From: Octopus bimaculoides
Lineage: Eukaryota
Assembly: GCF_001194135.2 (NCBI RefSeq)
Contig: NC_068990.1
Coordinates: forward strand, 1,893,838-1,950,015
Length of the DNA stretch: 56,178 nt
Reading direction: 5' to 3'
Shown here: positions 51,361-56,178 of the stretch, piece by piece
How the letters are laid out: each line of letters begins with the position of its first letter
Numbering within the stretch: the first letter of the stretch is position 1
Made by a program: the position numbers and the translations under genes
The notes under the pieces: generated by a model
Told to the model about the DNA's origin: nothing
The model's database searches: none
Seen by the model: only the letters and a program-made list of their open reading frames with translations

Positions 51361-53444
51361 TGACTACTGAATATTGCATTGCGAATCTTTTTGGTAGATT
51401 TAATCTGTTACTCGGCTTATCAATCAGCTGATCTTTAGGTAACTTTAGCATCCTTTTTCAAGCATTCGGAACATGGTTTTGGAATTAGGATATCTTAAAC
51501 ATGATCATGAATCCTGCCTTTTCTAACTTGTCTAAATCAAGTAAGAAATATATAAATGCTAGGTCTGTGGATTCTGATATTTCGGCATTTTACATTTTGT
51601 GGTGAACAAACCGATAATGGTTCATAATATACCTGAAGCAAATACATCTACGTTACTTTCTAGCAGTTTATTTTCGTTTAAGTTTAATAGCTACAGCACA
51701 AAAGACCTTTCGATTTATTTATTTTATGTCACAAATTGCCAATAACTGGTTCACTGCATTTCTTACGGCCAGAATGGCATGGGAGAGTGTATAAACAGAG
51801 GTCTTTATTTGAGTTGATTTTCTCAATGATGTTTAGATAATTTATTATAACAGCGAATACATTTATACACATCTATATGACTTCGTCAGAGGAGAAAAGA
51901 AGCATCGATAATTGTTTTCAAGATCTCTGAATAACTTGAACGTGAATAGTTTCTATGTAACATTGTATTAATCTGAACTCTATGCACATACTGTGAATGT
52001 TTATATAACTCATGTTATTGTTGTTTGAATAACCATGGTGTGTTGGAATCCAATAGATCAAACCATTCTCTATATAGGCTTTCTGGTTTGAGACATGCTT
52101 TCTGAAGATTTGAAGCTAAATCCTAATTTCATATCAATACGACCGTTGTGGTGGATGGAGAGACTCCAAGATAGTACTGAAAACTAAGTAGTTTTCTTGA
52201 TACATTGTAGATTCAAAGTTGTAAAGAAGGTAGTAGGTTTTGTCGAATGATATTTGGCAGTAGTGTGGGATGAATTAGAATTAATTAACTACAGAAAAAT
52301 TCTGTACGTAGTGTATGTGATTGATCCTCTGTTAAAAACAGAATGAATTTTACAAAAGAAGCTTTAGCTACTGAGCCGAATATCAGTCACTGAGGAAACA
52401 TAATAAAAACGAAAGACATAACATTACTTTTGCCACTGAGCTTCACAAACAGGATTTACTGCCATTTACATTGTCTATACTTTCGCTAGTATATAGTTGC
52501 TCGTTTACTGGCTAATTTTCATTTGCTCAATGCTGTCGCTGATATTATTGTTGCTGTAGTCACTGTCATCATTGCACGAGCGGCTTTTGTTTTCGGTTGT
52601 TGTTGTTGTTTATGCCTGTTAGATTTGATGGAAGTCGTTCATTCATCACCATTCCGACGTTTTCGTTCACTGCGCGTCTAAAATTAACTTATCACATTTG
52701 TCTTTCCCTTTTTTTGATGTGGTATGGTGTAATCTGAGTGGGATTTAGTTGTTATTTCTTGTAGATCGAGATATCACATACAGATTGCGTGGTTGGTTCT
52801 TTTGTTTATTCTTGAATAAAAAAAAAACAACAACAAAAAAAAAGAATCAGTGTTGAAGTTGCTGTTATTGCTTTAGTTTAGCCCCAGGTCAACCCTGATT
52901 GAATACAAACATGATTAAACACGTTTCATCTGTGATCACGGCTATAACTAGGACTGCATTGCTCAGTTTCCCTTTTTCTTTTGTAGACTTTATGGCGTGA
53001 TGTGATGGAATTTAGGTACTATTTCTAGAAAGTCGATATAAATAACATTGATAACTACTTGTTTTAAGTGCGAGATCTAGTGGTTTTAGGTGTTCGACTC
53101 ATGCTTATTAAATCTCGATTTTGTTCGATTCTCGGACCACGTTTTACATTGTACTTTTGCGCAATACTCTCCATTTTATGTTGCTTCAGCTCATTCAGAT
53201 AAAAAAATAAGTGCCAGTAATAGCAAAGGAGGTAATACTAGGACGGGTTAGTGTTCCGTTCAGTGGGGCGAGGTATTGCAGTCTAATAGAAACTCGAATA
53301 TATTCCGGCCTATTAGGTGTGTAGGTCCAAAACAGATTTTGAAATTTAATCTATTGGTAATTGTTTATCATAGTGCCTTGCTTCGAAATTGAAGGTTCAT
53401 AATATGGTAGCGCCGATACGAAATCATATAAGTGTATTACCGTT

Positions 53445-53810
53445 TGACTTTTATTTGTTTTAGTCATTTGATTGCGGCTATGCTGGGGCACCGCCTTGAA
53501 GGGTTTTAGTCGAATATATCGACCCCAGGAATCATCTTATCTTTTGAAGCGTAGCACTTATTCTGTCAGCCTCTTGTGCCGAACCGCTAAGTTACGGGGG
53601 CGTAAACATACCAACAACGTTTGTCAAGCGGTGGTGGGGGACAAACATAAACATAAAGACCACACACACACACACACACAAGTTTTCGTCTACCAAATCC
53701 ACTCACAAGTCTTTGGTTGGCCGAAGGTGCCACGCAATAGGACTGAACCCGGAACCATGTGGTTGGGAAGCAAGCGTCTTACTTACCACACAGCCATGCC
53801 TGCACCTATA
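53445..53810 (-). mobile_element. SINE family B, CpG-rich
   Basis: tgcggctatgctggggcaccgcc...gccgaaccgctaagttacgggg. Confidence 0.85.
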
Positions 53811-53880
53811 AAAGAAATAAAAAAAGAAAATATTCGCGCTGCCGAAATGTTCGAGATAATCTGACAGAGAGAGAGGGAGG

Positions 53881-53948
<68 letters not shown>

Positions 53949-55214
53949 CTGGTTTCGAAGTTTAATCAATCCTACATTTTGTTGTGAGACTTTTTGCCGA
54001 TGAATCGATATTTTTTCTTTATTTTTTTCTCGCTTTTCTTTCCTTAAAAAAATTATTTCTTTTGAATGAATTCTTATTAAGAACAGTTCATGCGAGTAAA
54101 AGGTCAATAAGTGAAACAAGTTGAAGAAATAAATTTTAAAAATTGAGTAAACAAAATCTCAAATAAAACGTACATTGATTTCATTTTAAAATTTCCTATG
54201 CTTTCTTCATTTAGTTAAGCTCTATATTCGCTTAATAACTATTTGCTGTATATCTTTCTTCTCTCTAAATTTCTAGTTTCCGTTAATGAAAATTTTGAAT
54301 TTTAATTACGGAAACCTTTCAGTGGCAATACTTTTAAGTTAGTTTCAAGCATTTTGTGTAATATTATCTTAAATCGATACGATAAAAAGATATGTATGTA
54401 TGCGCGTGCTTATCTGTTTTTGTATTTTGTGTTCCAAAAGGTGAAATATAGTGTCCTTAGTTTCTGATATTCCAAGCTGGCCAGTCACTGGTTCATTATA
54501 TTTCTTACAGCAGAAGTATTAGAGGAGTTTCTGTCGACAGACGCCTTCGTTGGAGTTGCACCAGGTTTTCGGTTTCTCAGCGATGTACTTCGGTGAATGA
54601 TATATACACATTTTTAAGTCTCAATCAGAAAAAAAGAGAGCAACCATGACTCTTTCTTAAGATCTCTGGAAATAGACGAAGGGAAGAAGATTTTTTTGCA
54701 TCAAAATCCTGATACGAATGCTTGTAACAACGTGGACTCCATTAAAGGCACACAAAGTCTAGGTGACAGTTTTAAAGGGAGCGACATATAAAGCCTCATA
54801 CCAGCTTGTATGCAGTGAAATATTCATAATTTCCTTTTATGGTCAAATTTATATATCATCATTTTAAGTGTTAGCTTTTATATATGACCAGTTTATGTTA
54901 TCGTTGTGTTCATTTCCGCAGTAGATTAACACGGAATTTCTGTTGCGCTTTGTCAAGATAAAATCAACCACCAATTAGCTTAAGTCTACGTATGTAATAT
55001 GCGCATGGCTCATTTCGTATTGAAGCTATAAGAATTATGACTTTGTCGTAGGGTTATGGTTAAGAACCGAAAGAAAAAAACAGGAGCGTATTCAAAAGAT
55101 AAAGTGTATTAGTAGAACGAATATCCGTGTGATGTACGTGCGATGGTGAACTTTGGTATTCTTTGGGCTAAGGATGAATTATTTAACAACAATGCGGAAA
55201 AGGTAGCCTATTGC

Positions 55215-55330
55215 AGACATAACGTACACGTGTAACAAGGGTAACGTGTCTGTGGAGTGCTCAGTCATTTGCACGTTAATTTCACAAGCAGGCTGTTCCG
55301 TTGATCGGATCAACTAGAACCCTCGTCGTC
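55215..55330 (+). mobile_element. SINE family C 3' portion
   Basis: gtgtctgtggagtgctcag...ccctcgtcgtcgtaaccgacggagtgcca. Confidence 0.82.
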
Positions 55331-56178
55331 GTAACCGACGGAGTGCCACGGTACACACACACACACACACACACACATACACACACACACACACACACAC
55401 ATGCATACATACGTATTTATATACATATGTAAGTGGGGGTAAAATCCAAGCTGTGTTCTCTTGATGCGCATCTGCTTATTCCACTATTCCAGTTCCGTAT
55501 GTAATTGTCATGTTTATATAAGGAACTTATAGAAATTGAAAATTCTGGAAGTATTGTTTGCAGTGTAATTATTTATATATCAAAATGGAAGGCTGGAAAG
55601 GATTTTGGTATTGTTTATTCACCATTACACACGTTTCATTTGCTAAAAGGAATTACAAGATTGTACTTGTAGGATAAACATGTAAGAATTTTCCTATTAG
55701 AAATTTTCCAGACAGAGAATCAAATAATACGATATTTAGATTTGGATGAAGCGTTTATATACAGCTAGTAGTCAGAAGTCGTACAGATAGTTGGGAAAGA
55801 GTTTGAAGAAATCCAGTAGTACAGAAAGGAGAGCTAGGAATTAGTAACAACTACTATACATATATGCGCATACATCAATTTACGTAAACACACATATTTA
55901 CATATACACTCATACATACACATAGATACATATTTATAAATGCACGCTCAGCACACACAAGGCACACACGCTGACACATACATTCACGCGCATTCATTCG
56001 CGCACAAGCACACACACATATATATATATATATATTTATGCCCTTATATAAATAAATATATTTATAGGGAATAAATGATGGATTTTCCCTTATGAGGTTT
56101 TTTCACGTTAACTACTTGATAGATTCTTACAAAGACTTTATCCTATTATTGAATTATATATATATATATATACATATA

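Noticed and set aside
54511-54592. Possible plus-strand exon (EVLEEFLSTDAFVGVAPGFRFLSDVL)
   Set aside because: It is the wrong phase for CFAP65, has no recognisable homology and no partner exons; chance occurrence is plausible.

Overview
AT-rich, microsatellite- and SINE-dense animal genomic DNA. The repeat landscape strongly suggests an octopus; the species is inferred, not shown. It has 8 N-gaps, each bordered by (AT)n, (CA)n or (TTA)n tracts. The only coding sequence I can support is six internal, phase-compatible + strand exons: 261-389, 7231-7387, 14197-14265, 17113-17241, 21775-21859 and 37545-37703 (728 nt, about 242 codons). They splice into an uninterrupted peptide that is colinear with my recollection of the central part of CFAP65/CCDC108, a cilia/flagella protein; the gene runs off both ends of the window. 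Everything else is intronic: about 30 tRNA-headed SINE copies of several families, RTE, R4/Dong and possible Penelope remnants, hAT-, piggyBac- and mariner-type MITEs, a Helentron-like element and several 10/20-bp minisatellites. Nearly all ORFs in the supplied track are microsatellite or gap artefacts. The most striking unexplained structure is a sharp CpG-depleted to CpG-retained transition at about 41.9 kb inside a CFAP65 intron. It lies next to an unexplained GC-richer segment with minus-strand splice signals at 43.0-43.7 kb. Together these suggest a hidden antisense transcription unit overlapping CFAP65.
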